Assembly: GCF_963676685.1 (NCBI RefSeq)
Contig: NC_092351.1
Coordinates: forward strand, 63,426,001-63,490,000
DNA: 64,000 bases
Direction of reading: 5' to 3'
DNA from: Mytilus edulis
Lineage: Eukaryota
A model generated the notes under the pieces. It ran no database searches, had not been told where the DNA came from, and saw only the letters and a list, made by a program, of their open reading frames with translations. Both the position numbers and the translations under genes were made by a program. Positions 1 to 11,461 of the stretch are shown here, piece after piece (position 1 is the first letter of the stretch; the number at the start of each line of letters is the position of its first letter).

Positions 1-835
1 GTATCATATATTTCATAATAAAATTAAAATAAGGAAGTTACTGTTGAGACACACATTCAAGATAATCCAGTTTACAGATTTAGTGTATAATTCATCAATT
101 AGTTTCCCCCAAGGTAGCTTAATAGTTTCTCTTAACCTTCTAAATTTCTCATCATAAATTCTCCAAGGTTCATCTCCATATAAATCATACATCTCCCTAA
201 TATTATGAACATACTGAAGTAAATGCCTTGCTTCCTCAGGGCATTTCTCAATGTAAATATCTGAAAAAAAACTAAATATGCAGATGTCCACTGTTTAATG
301 GAAAGTGGAGGTTTGTTTGACCTTCAGTTGTTGTACAAAGAAAATTTTCCGTTACTTACCAATAAACTGAATGGGTCCTCTACATAAGAAGACGTTAAAC
401 TATTCATATTAATGAATTCATCTGACCATATTTTCTCTTTAATTTTTTGTGAAACAGTGGCCCCCAATGGGATGCCATCTGATACTTGAATTTTAAGTGA
501 ATTTTCACTTGAATTATGTGTGTTGACTGGCGGCTCACCTGAAAAAAAGTGTTTCAACGACAGTTTGGATATCAAATTCTTTAGAAGTGCTGCATGTCGG
601 GTTTAAGACTGATGTAGTTGTATCATCAGGTGCCACTGTGCATGTAGGATTTACATGTATTTGTGTTGTGCTCTCCTCAGATGCTGCTGATGTAGGATTA
701 GGAGCTGATACTGTGCATGAAACTGGATCAATGTTAACGTTCTGTGTAGATGTTGGTATCTGAATCGTTCCATGTAGCTGATTTTGTGAAACATCTGTAT
801 CTACATGTATATCAGCCTCAATATTTACACTGCTA

Positions 836-3546
836 TACTGAAAAATACACTAGTCAAACTGACTAGCTTACCTAGTCAAATTGACTGTCCACAGGATGAC
901 TATGTCAAAAGTCAATTGACTTATTATTTTTGTATATTAACTAGCTTTGCTAGTCATTCTGACTTTGTTAAAATAGTTTTTGTACTAGACCAATAGTCAA
1001 GTCTACTTATTATCCTAGTCAAGTTATCTCTTGCTGCGAACGCAGCCTGACTAGGCAGTCCATAAGATAATGCATGTTCCATATGCATTTCCTCATTCTC
1101 AAGAGCGTCCAGTGAAGAGAGAAAAGGATTTGACTGCAAAATCTAAACATAGGCTTAACGAAATCAATCAGAAATAAACTTCAGGGAACGACTGACAATT
1201 AAAGAAAACATGTCCTCGGTTGATAATTGTCTCATTTATATTATACCAAATTTCTCAATTATGTACTTCTTGTTGATTTTATAAACCTGTTCACATTTGT
1301 GTATTTTTTTTATTTTTTTTTGTGTTACCTATTTTAGAACACTAACATTAAGAATAGTAAATAAAAATACTCTAAACAAAACAAAACATTTAATATCATT
1401 TATTTTGATAATTCTGGTCCAAACTTGGTCATCAATTGTTCTTGGTCCTACCAATACTTCTTGGACTGTTTGGAATTCATCCCTGCTTCCCAGATCTGCA
1501 AAATACAGAGATAGAATGTAAGATGTGAATAGAATTATATATCCGATAGTGAAGTGTGTAATGAAACTTTAGACGGACTCATTTTTTTTATGTCAGCCAG
1601 GTACAACACAATGATGTACTCAGTAGTGATCATTTCATTATGCCATATACACGCCACTTCCTGTTTCTGACCTAATATTTTTGAAATATTCAACTTTTTG
1701 GTTGTTTCTTTCAAAGTACATGTACATGAGCAGCAATGAATTACAGACAACAAATAATTATTATGCATTTTTATGAAATATACAACACAAGTGCACTTCT
1801 CAGCAGAAGAACTGGCTCAAGACAGCAGATGCATCTTTCCAATCCTAAAGGAACGAAGATTCCTTGTGTCGTAAAAATATAAGTTGTTTCAGTTTGAATT
1901 TTGCATTTAAAAAACTAAAGGTTAACTGAATTCATTTTTCGGTTCTTTATTTTCAAATGTCCATTTAATTTGACTTCAGTTTTATTTTCAATATTTTCTG
2001 TTCTCTGACCATACACGTTTTTCTTCATTTTTTTTTCATTAATAAGGCCGTTAGTTTTCTCATTGAATTGTTTTACATTTGTCATTTCGGGGCCTTTTAT
2101 AGCTGACTATGTGGTATGGGCTTTGCTCGTTGTTAAAGGCTGTATGGTGACCTATAGTTGTTAATTTCTGTGTCATTTGGTCTCTTGTGGAGAGTTGTCT
2201 TATTGGCAAATATACCACATCTTCTTTCTCATACTTATTTAAAATAGTAATACATTTTTGTACACTTACCAAAATTTTGCCATATCAATCTGTTTCTTTC
2301 TATTTTTAAGTAACTGATATTCTTGAAATCTTTTGTACAATGGATCATTGATGTAGGTCAACTTTGTCTCCAGGTCCGGTTTTTCAATTTTTTTGTTTAC
2401 TGGTTGAATAACAGGTGTCAACTGTACGGTCTGTTTCTGAAGACGAACTTAGAGCAAAGCAGCAGGATCACTTGCACATAAACAATAGCTTGAAATATTC
2501 AAATATTCCTTTTTCTTTTGTCGATTTTGTTCTCTCTTCTTTCTTTTGTATTTTCGCTTTGGATTTCAGGAAGGTCTACCCATATAATTGCTGTAAATAA
2601 AACAATATAATTGTAACTGCTTCAAATTTTCTTAATGTACCCAACACCTGGAGACTTTATTATAGTTTATATAGCAACTGTTAGAATTAGGAAAATAGAT
2701 CTATGTTGGTTATAAGTAGTTAACATTCTGAAATGTCATTTGCCTTTATCTGTTTATATATGTTTATCTATATGTGAATGAGACATTTCATGTTTCGTGT
2801 TATATTGCAACATGTCTGATTTTTTTGTACATGTATTGGTTAACACATACATATATTGGTGTTCTTTACGCATCCCGTTCTTTATGCTTCTGAACAAACT
2901 GACAACTAACTGTTATTAACATTAAAGTCAAATGACAAAAGCCATCCAAAAGCAAGTTGTACTTTATTTAGAAAAAATACATTTTACCTAGGTTTCTGCT
3001 AATATGATGAAAAAATAGGGTTGTAGGTATAAAGCAAATACAAGGACAAGAAAAGAGATATATATTGTATGCAGCTTAAAATATTTGCAACACGGAAAAA
3101 AATATTTTCAAGTCCTGTCAATCTTGAAGCCCCTACAAGCTTTTACACCCAAACCAAGCGACTTTAAAGAAGCAAACAAATAGGTGCAGCTGGTAGAATC
3201 AATATAGCCATATGGTAACCCAAAAACAAATCATTAATCAGTGGTAGATCAAGAACTTTATGTAAGGAGACTTTGAAGAACATAAGAAATATTTACCTTT
3301 TTTCTGAGGAAACGATGTGAACTTCTTGTCCATTTTCTTTGTTATGAAAGCACGTGTTGAGGCGCGAGAAGATGTGCGTTGGCTATCCAGATGTTTAAGA
3401 TAAAACGTTATAGCGGGCATCATCAAATTTCACTATGCATGCTGAGTAAAGGTACTAGGTTAAACAGTAGCGATTTGATCTACTAGACATCTAACTGAGA
3501 TTACTAGACAGACTAGTCATTCTGACTAGGTATTTTTTTTTCAGTG
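836..3546. mobile_element. Non-autonomous TIR DNA transposon with (C/T)ACTG...CAGTG termini (CACTA/EnSpm-like) and TA target duplication
   Basis: Left TA|TACTGAAAAATACACTAGTCAAACTGACTAG matches the reverse complement of the right end, TA|CACTGAAAAAAAAATACCTAGTCAGAATGACTAG. Subterminal CTAGTCA/TGACTAG repeats. Excision restores the gag reading frame. Confidence 0.75.
2043..2227 (-). repeat. Highly abundant dispersed bivalve repeat (GATGTGGTATGATTGCCAATGAGACAACTCTCCACAAGAGACC... family)
   Basis: Degenerate copies also near 14444-14560, 19870-19925, 24790-25035, 27860-27900, 41270-41400, 43940-44065, 45460-45550, 46360-46595 and 60415-60680. Confidence 0.75.
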
Positions 3547-4200
3547 TAGATGTAGTTGGCGGATTGCTTGCATTTGTTTTGTCTGACTGTAAACGCAGGA
3601 TCTCAGCTGCCAATTTTGTGTAATCAATATTTTTTTTGTTTTGTGAGTTGGTTGATCAATTTGACGGGATTTTCCTCTTTTGGGAGGCATCCCCTGGCAG
3701 TTATTGAGCTGATTGCAATTTTATGACTTCAACTGATGCTACTGAAACAGAATCAGATTGTTAATAAATTGGTTTGTGTATAATATACACAACACAAAAT
3801 TGTAATGCCAATGGCTTAAATACTAAATGTAGTTTATTGTACACAGTGTGTATATGTATGTATTTATAGGTACAATGTACCAAATGTGGCTCACTTTGTA
3901 AGCTGAATAAATGTAACCGTCTGTGCAGTTTTGCTTAACCTACAATGTGGTAGAATATAAGATACTAGTAGTACATAATGTGCAAATATAAGGTACAATG
4001 TACCAATACTATAAGCCCACAACTGTGTAAGCACCTAGATACAAATTACAAAGTACTTACAATGTAAGTAAAGCAACCTATATATAAATATGAACAATGT
4101 TCATAAAACATTCGAAATTGATAAAACTACAATGTACTTTTAACTCCAAATTAAGTATTATAACAGATTAATTTACCTACACAAACAATATAATACAGTA

Positions 4201-4794
4201 TCACTGGTTGGATGCACGAAGTACAGCAGAACGAATACTTTTAAAGTATTTGCGCATTCCAAAATGGTTAAGGTGCACTCCGTCAAAACACAAATAATTT
4301 AAATTATCCCAAAAACCACGGTGGTGCCAAAAAAAAATAGCCTTTTCATCGTGCTCTTTGATTTTCTCTTGTAAAAGTGTGTTTATTTGTACAACTTTAT
4401 CATTGTATCCTGCATATGTTACCAATTCACTCCTTCACAACAATTGTCCAATTATGACATGATTTACATTCAAACCATAGTGTAAATACATCGCAAACGC
4501 AAAAATGTCTTGAGCAACTTGGGATGCATTAGTTCTCCTATTAGCAGCATCATTTCCGCCTATCTGTATAAAAATTATATGAGAGTGACAACTAAAAGTA
4601 CATAATTGTTTTTGCTGAGCTAGTCTTGCTACTGTAAGTCCACCCTGTGCACGACAATTAATTAAAAAGTTACAAAACAACAAACGCAGATTTTCAAATC
4701 TGTCACAACTATTCATGAAGCAATTTAACCTCCTTATAAAACTGTGACCCAATAAAGTCACGTGTAAAATATTCCCAGATGAGGACTTCTCCAT
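4201..4794 (-). pseudogene. SGNH/GDSL-type esterase, as carried by Ngaro-type retrotransposons; one frameshift near 4430
   Basis: Block I LLGHSFIRRL, block II AQGGLT, block III QIGGND and block V FDGVHLN, spread across ORFs 4435-4794 and 4201-4425. Confidence 0.85.
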
Positions 4795-5566
4795 AATAAA
4801 TACACTAGCTGTTTATTACCGAAGTTGTTTACGTTTGAAAGTCGGTCAAACTGTCACATGATTCTTCCACAACATAATGTCACGTGGTTCTTTCATAACA
4901 GAATGTCACGTGGTTCTTTCATAACAGAATGACTATTACATAATATGAACACGAATTGCTTTCTAATACTATGCTAACGGTATTGTAGTTCGTAACGAAT
5001 ATAACAAATCCTCATCTCAAGTTAATTACTATAGTTATCTTCTTATATACAGGCAGATCGTTAATGAATATTGTCAGTATATAATGTTTAGTTCATCGAT
5101 CACGGAGTATTTGCGTGGGATAATGTAGGTCAACAGTCTTGATGACTTTCAATGTATATAAACTACTAACTATTGTACTGACCTCTCGCTGAATAAATAT
5201 TAATCCATAAACAAATGATACAAAATGTTGTTATGTGAATGAAGTGTCACCAGAGTGTATATAAATAAACTAATAAATCAAAAATTGTCCAAAGAAATTT
5301 TTGCGAACTTTCTTGTCGCAGACAAATTTTGACGTCATAACATATCTGTTATTTGATTGGTTGGCTAAATATAAAAATTAGATAATTCTATAATATACAC
5401 TTAGTTCAAATTGACTGTATAATTCAAATAGAAATTGTCCACATAGACATAAATGAATTTATAAAATAAATTAGATTAGATTAGATTTGGTAGTTTACGA
5501 ACGTACATTTCATAACATGTATTTATATAGTCATTATTAATAACTGTTCCGAAGCTGTCTGTATTA

Positions 5567-5993
5567 TTGATTGATTGATTGTTGGTTGCTTAACGTCCAG
5601 TGGCAAATATTTCATGCATATTCAGGACGAGAACAAGTTCACAATAAATACAATAGGTAGGTTGTTGTAATAGAGGCCATCTAGGATGATGGTCTGGGAA
5701 GTTTGGACTGCCACTGGAAAATGAGGGTATATGGATAGGGACAGAAATTTTGCCTTGCAACAGGCCACCTACGGACCCCTCAAAGAGTTGTTGCAAGGGT
5801 TCTTAACGTGCAAAGAGCGTGGCATTCGCTTTACACGAGGCATCGGATTTAACGTCCCCAATCTGACCGGACGTGACTGCGAACTTGATACATCCCGCAC
5901 AGCCAAACGGACGCCCCACTTCGGCAAGCGTTTTACTGCCGGTCGGAAGAAGACCAAGTGACCATATTTCTATTCCCCAGTCACCCTTGGGGA
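5567..5993 (-). mobile_element. Full-length ~427-bp SINE with Deu/Nin-like central domain and (CAAT)n tail
   Basis: Flanked by a 12-bp TSD CTGTCTGTATTA (5555-5566 and 5994-6005). Central GGGGACGTTAAATCCGATGCCTCGTGT..GCACGTTAAGAACCC. Near-identical copy at 30975-31394. Confidence 0.85.
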
Positions 5994-6710
5994 CTGTCTG
6001 TATTAACAGGCTCGGGTAAGAAGTACAAAATATCTGATATACCTTGCTCAAAATCATACTCTCTTTGCTTCCATACCGACAGACGAAGCTGATTCCACTC
6101 CGATGCAATATTGTTGAGCCCTTTTGTTAACAAATTATTGTTCACAAAAAATTTCACATTTTGAATTGTCAAATACCTCACACTTTCAAACCAGAACCTT
6201 TTATAAAATTAAAAAATAGAATATGCATTTATATCAAAGTTATGTACTTAGTATTATTGAGCTGTTGAATTACTTGTTTTCTAGTCTCAAAATTGGTAAA
6301 TTGTAAGTTAAATTTGCAGACTACCAATTTGTTTGTGTATGTACGTAATGTGTGCACTTCCTGTTCTAAAGTTTGTGATACACAGATTTTCTCCCTTATA
6401 TGCTTTAATTTCCAGTGGGCTGAATACTTGGCATGTGTTTTGATGATAGGACTTGTGCAGCTCATTACCTCACACGACATGCCTTCTGTCGGCAAAATAT
6501 ATCTTAAGTCATTAGATTGTGTTTCATTGATATTTACAAACGAAACAATATATATATCTTTACTATCATACATTCCGTAATAAAGGTATCCTTTAATTAA
6601 ACGTTCAAGATAAATATATATATATAACACACGGAATAATTAATCGCCTTGTAAATCCGTTATAGTAATGTATTTATTGTTCGTGAAAGTTTTTTCCCGT
6701 GAAGTCTAAT

Positions 6711-6900
6711 GACGTGAATATATGGTCATTTTATAAATTTCCTGTCTTTTATAAATTTCCTGTTCCAAAATTTGTTTTTTTAAACTAAGGATTTTCTTAT
6801 CCCAGGAGATTACCTTAGCCGTATTTGGAACAACTTTAGTGAATTGTGGGTCCTCAATGCTGATCAACTTTGTACTTTGATCTGATCGTCACTGGTGGAC
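6711..6900 (+). repeat. Degenerate retrozyme-family fragment with the hammerhead deleted
   Basis: Aligns to 62617-62790 (GGTCATTTTATAAATTTCC..AAACTAAGGATTTTCTTATCCCAGG..GATTACCTTAGCCGTATTTGG..TCCTCAATGCT). It ends in GTCACTG|GTGGAC, consistent with a deletion between two GTCACTG microhomologies. Confidence 0.7.
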
Positions 6901-7289
6901 CTGTCACCTTGCACTTGCCACTGAATCCATCTCCAGGGGGTATTGATCTGTTGATATAATATGTAATAACTTCTTCAACATCTATACCGTAGTCAAATAT
7001 TTTATTTATGTAAAAAAATGAACGAAAAACAAATATGTAACACATAAACAAACGACAACCACTGAATTACAGGCTTCTGATTTGGGACAGGCACATACAT
7101 AAATAATGTGGCGGGGTTAAACATGTTAGCGGGATCCCAACCCTCCTTCTAACCTGGGACAGCGGTATAACAGTACAACATAAGAACGAACTATAAAAAT
7201 CAGTTGAAAAAGGCTTAACTCATCAGATGGACAAAAATACAAGTGGACGTGGCCCGGTACGAAAAGATTAGGTACAGTTTTCAATTTGA

Positions 7290-7396
7290 CCCAAAACTTT
7301 AACCTGAATTGGACAGACAGATGAATGGACAGAAGGACAGACGGATGAACGGACGCACAGACTAGGAAACATAATGCCCATAAATGGGGCTTAAAA
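7290..7396 (+). mobile_element. 3' end of a non-autonomous Helentron-associated (HINE/DINE-like) element
   Basis: AAAACTTTAACCTGA, then a (GGAC/AGAC)n microsatellite and a terminal hairpin ATGCCC-ATAAAT-GGGGC. Same layout as 52075-52362. Confidence 0.55.
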
Positions 7397-10300
7397 AGTG
7401 AATTTTGGAAATTGCTGGCAAGACAATGGTTTAGTTTGAAAAATCAAAACTGCGATTAAATACATATTTGAAATAATACACTTCTATAACCTACATGACC
7501 TATTTGAAATAATACACATATACAGTTGCAAACTTTCCAGAGGTGCTATCCAGCACTTTGATTAACATCTGTTATTCAATAACATGCCTCTTTTTTTTTT
7601 TTACACAAAAAATGAACAATGTACCTCCAAATTAAATAATTTCCCTAAATCTGTTAGAGTTTGACTCAAGTCCACATTTTGTTGTTCACCATTTTCACTA
7701 ATAAAACATGACAAAAACGAAGATATCAATCAATAAGTATTTATCAAGAATTCATAATAAAGTCTGGATTATTCGATTATCATAGATATTTCATACCTCA
7801 TTTAGAGGCCATACAGTAAAAAATAATTGACTGAAAAGCTCCAACTTCGACAATGTTGGTTATGATGAGGGAAACTATACATGCTATCAGAACCTATACC
7901 ATCAGTCAGGGTAATAACTTAAACAGGTGATTTCGGAATCGCCTTGTTAAGTAACTATGACAATTAAAAATGTAAAATAATCACAATTTGACACAGATTC
8001 TTCAAAATCACTTGCCAATGGCAAGAGTGTCCAGCAATTTCTTCTGTTGAAATGCAAGGTCTTTTCCTCCTATGAAAGGTAATTTGTATTTGTTTGGCGT
8101 GAAGTACAGATCTTTCTCCACCGGATCTTTACTTATGTTAGTAAAATTTCTAGATTTCTTCGATATCCGAAGATCATGGCCAGTGGCCAATGCTTGTCCT
8201 TCTTCAAATCTTGTTACCAGGTCACCAGAACAAAATACTTATTTTTTTTTTCGCTTTACATCAAAAAGCACTACCAGTCCCTCCACTGGCTCATTCATAC
8301 ACCTGCTCTTTGTGAAGTTTTTTTATAGATTTTTTTATTTTATTTATTATTCTGCATTTGGAGCTTCTCAAAGCTTTTAATCGGAGGCCAGTTGCCTCTG
8401 TCTTTGTTTTTTTCTTTTTTCACGACACCGGGTTTAAGTTTTTTTTTTATCTGTTTTGGTATATTATCCATATTATCCATTGTGTTATCTGGTAAATTCA
8501 AATTTACGCAGCTACATTAAGGCCGTTTTCACACTACTTTCGACAAGGGCAGATAACCCCGTTCAATCTCCTTAAATATTCATGCGTCGTTGTACACGCC
8601 GCCATGATGGAGAAGAAAAAATGTCCAGTTCACCATCTTTTGATGAAGCAGCGTTGCAGTAATCGTTGCCTTAGGATGCGGAATGGTGCAAGTCAGGGTA
8701 ATTATAGAAAAATTGTAAAAAGTCATGGATAAATTATATGATTTAGGCGATTTTCTGTCGAGTATTAAGCCCCGCCCTCTACGAATATTTAGCCAATCAA
8801 AAAATACCTGCTTCATTTAGAAGCTTGCATCAATATTTTTCTCGAGCACCTGTAATGTGACGAAAAATAGGAAATATGGACAGAAATGTGGAATTTGTGT
8901 TAATCTAGATAGATATTTAGTAAGAATTAACCCAACAACATCACAAAAAATGGAAACGGTACGTTGAAACGGAGTAGTCTGCAAATCTCAGGCCTCCGAC
9001 TTGTGATGTTGTGCCTCCGACAGTGTCGGGGATATAACTAGCCTAATTTATGCATTCTCTCGGTTAAAAGAAGTTATTTGCACTGATCCATTCTATTGTT
9101 TTCACATGTTTGTTGATTTTAATGAATGTTTGATGCATTTCCTTTACAAATGAAGATATACACAAAAAGGCGGGGGCACATTTGTTACAATATGGTGAAA
9201 TTATACCCCCTTATCATATTCATATAGTTTTCAAGCCAGGAAAGTGATATATTTATACAGAATTGGTGCAGTTATGCAGACCATCTTGCTGAATGTGTGG
9301 TCAAGCCCTTTCAGTCATTCATTTTGTGATAGCTATGCAGTAATTAACTTAAAGCTTCTCTCAAAATTCTAAAAGTTGTCGTTTAATAGGCGTAGCTCAA
9401 TATTATCCTTGTCTCTTGGTTGTTCTTGCCTTTAAGAATTGTGATGTCACGCATTCAATACTTGTTATTTTTACTTTGGCACTTTCCTATGACCGATTGG
9501 AATAGACTTAATGATTTATAGTTTAGTTAGCATATGTTTAAAAGCTGTACAGTATATTGAATCAGTAGTTTCTAACGATAATGATAATTTGAGATACATG
9601 TACATAAGTTTTCATCTCTAACTGTATTTTTGCTTGTATGTTTAGGATGGCATTTACTTCCACACGTTTATATCTTAGCTTTTTTGCATTTGTACGTCTT
9701 GGTTGTGCACGAATATTTTCATTAACATCTTTTGCATGTTTTGCTTGTAAGTGAAAATTAAACTAGCATTCTTTGCAGCTGCGTGCAGTGATATCAAGGT
9801 CTCGGGCCATACCGATGTGTCTGTAGTGTCTTTAAGAGGCTCTAGATCTTCAATATCGCAACATGACTGCAGTACACTTCTAGTATAATCACAGAAAAAA
9901 TATTTTCTTTGGTCGGGTTGTTGTCTCTTTGACACATTCCCCATTTCCATTCACATTTTTATTATAAATTAACTTTAAACTATGGTCCTTGGCGGTGATG
10001 TCATCTACTTTACACAATAAATGTGGTAAATCACCAGACGCCCTGTTAACCACCGATATGCGCATCATAACAAAACTTCATTTTATAATAAGTGCAATTG
10101 ATTTTTGAGATCTTCTTATTGTTCTTACAAGTAGTGTGTAAACTTCAATGTGTGAAACTGCTTTTTTTATTTAGTTAAAAAAAAAATCTTATAAAAATAT
10201 AATAAAATTACCATTTTAATGACATGACTAGAAGGGTCTGACATACCTTACGAAGAGTTTAGAAAACGTGTTAATTACCCAGATCATATGCGTACAGTTG

Positions 10301-10758
10301 GACCATATTAGTATTTATCTTACCTCCTATACATTTCTAGGAATATGATCGGTTAAAAGCGTCCTCGTGGAGACTGTGTATATTTGATATCAGGTTAGTA
10401 GGGAGACGTGGCGTATTGCATACATGGTTAGTAGTGGTGTTTTGTCCCTTAATACTCTATATTAGGCAAAAGGGAGGTGGGGCTTATTTCATACATGGTT
10501 AGTAGTGGTGTTGCTTCGCTTTATAAAAACAAAAGGTACTGAGAAAAAATCTTAACGGTTCAACAGCTAAGAAATTGATGATTAAGATGGAAATAAATTC
10601 ATGAAATGCATTTAAACCAAACAAGTTGTTATATATATTGGCATCTGTTTTTGTAGGATCGCCAGAAAAAGCTTCTTAATGCTAACAGTATTGAAGACTT
10701 GCTCATTTTGATAGTAGTCTAAATTTCACACGTTAAGATAGTCGGTAAAATAAATTAG

Positions 10759-10902
10759 TTACATAGTGTGCTAGTGACGTGATACGGTATATATGGAGTC
10801 AGTAAATTCAATATGGGGAGTCGAGCCTCGCTCTCACCCCATATGGAATTTACTGACCCCATATATTCCGTATTAGGTCACTACATGTAGCACACTATGT
10901 AT
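10759..10902. mobile_element. ~140-bp palindromic (foldback) MITE-like element
   Basis: Arm ACATAGTGTGCTAGTGAC..AGTCAGTAAATTCAATATGGGG pairs with arm CCCCATATGGAATTTACTGAC..GTCACTA..GCACACTATGT around a short core. Confidence 0.65.
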
Positions 10903-11461
10903 CTAATAATACCTATATAGTCATGCCCATACTCGTATGGTCCGGAACATATATATTATATATATATATATATATAGTCAGTTTGAGTAATAATTATCAC
11001 ATAATACCCTATGAACATAATGCTTTTCATATCATCATTTTTGAATGCGTTTTATTTCATACTGGATACAAAAATTCAATATACTGTACATACATGACAT
11101 AGGCACATATATGCCAGAAAAGAAGTCATGTGCCAGATACACTGTATATACATAAACATTAATTAACATTTCCCGTCATCTATGTTAAAATAACTTTTAA
11201 TATGGACATATATCTGATTGTCATGTCATGATGTCCCTATTAGAATGACTCCATGAGAGCTTCAGTCCTTTCATTAAAACTGGGTACAATTTTACTATAT
11301 CCAGAAATTGCATACCAGAAAGGAAGGCAAGTGAGAAATAAATATTAAAATTCAAATGTATGCTAAGTTAGCCAGCTATGTTGACATGTCAGCTTTGAGT
11401 TAAATACATTCATCGTACATGTACGTACATTTGTACCAAAATACATTTAATTTTTGTACAT

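Larger units (their letters stand above)
76..3690 (-). pseudogene. gag-like ORF1 of a DIRS/Ngaro-type (tyrosine recombinase) retrotransposon, split by a DNA-transposon insertion (836-3546) and frameshifted
   Basis: ATG at 3690 gives MPPKRGKSRQ..(fs)..IDYTKLAAEILRLQ..NPPTTS. After removing 836-3546 plus one TA, the frame continues as a Ser/Thr-rich linker (SSVNIEAD..VETLF), then GIPLGATVSQKIKEKIWSDEF and FSDIYIEKCPEEARHLLQYVHNIREM..WRIYDEKFRRLRE..LPWG. These motifs are typical of DIRS/Ngaro gag. Confidence 0.75.

Noticed and set aside
4855-4932. Repeated ATGTCACGTGGTTCTTTCATAACAGA (E-box containing) upstream of the SGNH ORF
   Set aside because: It could be promoter or terminal-repeat sequence, but function cannot be supported from sequence alone.
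5900-5993. SINE head as an HDV-like or twister ribozyme
   Set aside because: GGGUGAC/GUCACUU could be P1, but no acceptable P3/L3 (UCC/UUC), P1.1 or P2 could be assembled, and twister consensus nucleotides are absent.
5590-6108. Short ORFs within the SINE copies (also 17357-17545, 31168-31401)
   Set aside because: They recur only because the SINE is repeated, and show no protein-like features.
6290-6530. Minus-strand CEVMSC..HWKLKH zinc-finger-like fragment
   Set aside because: A single isolated motif with no supporting gene structure.
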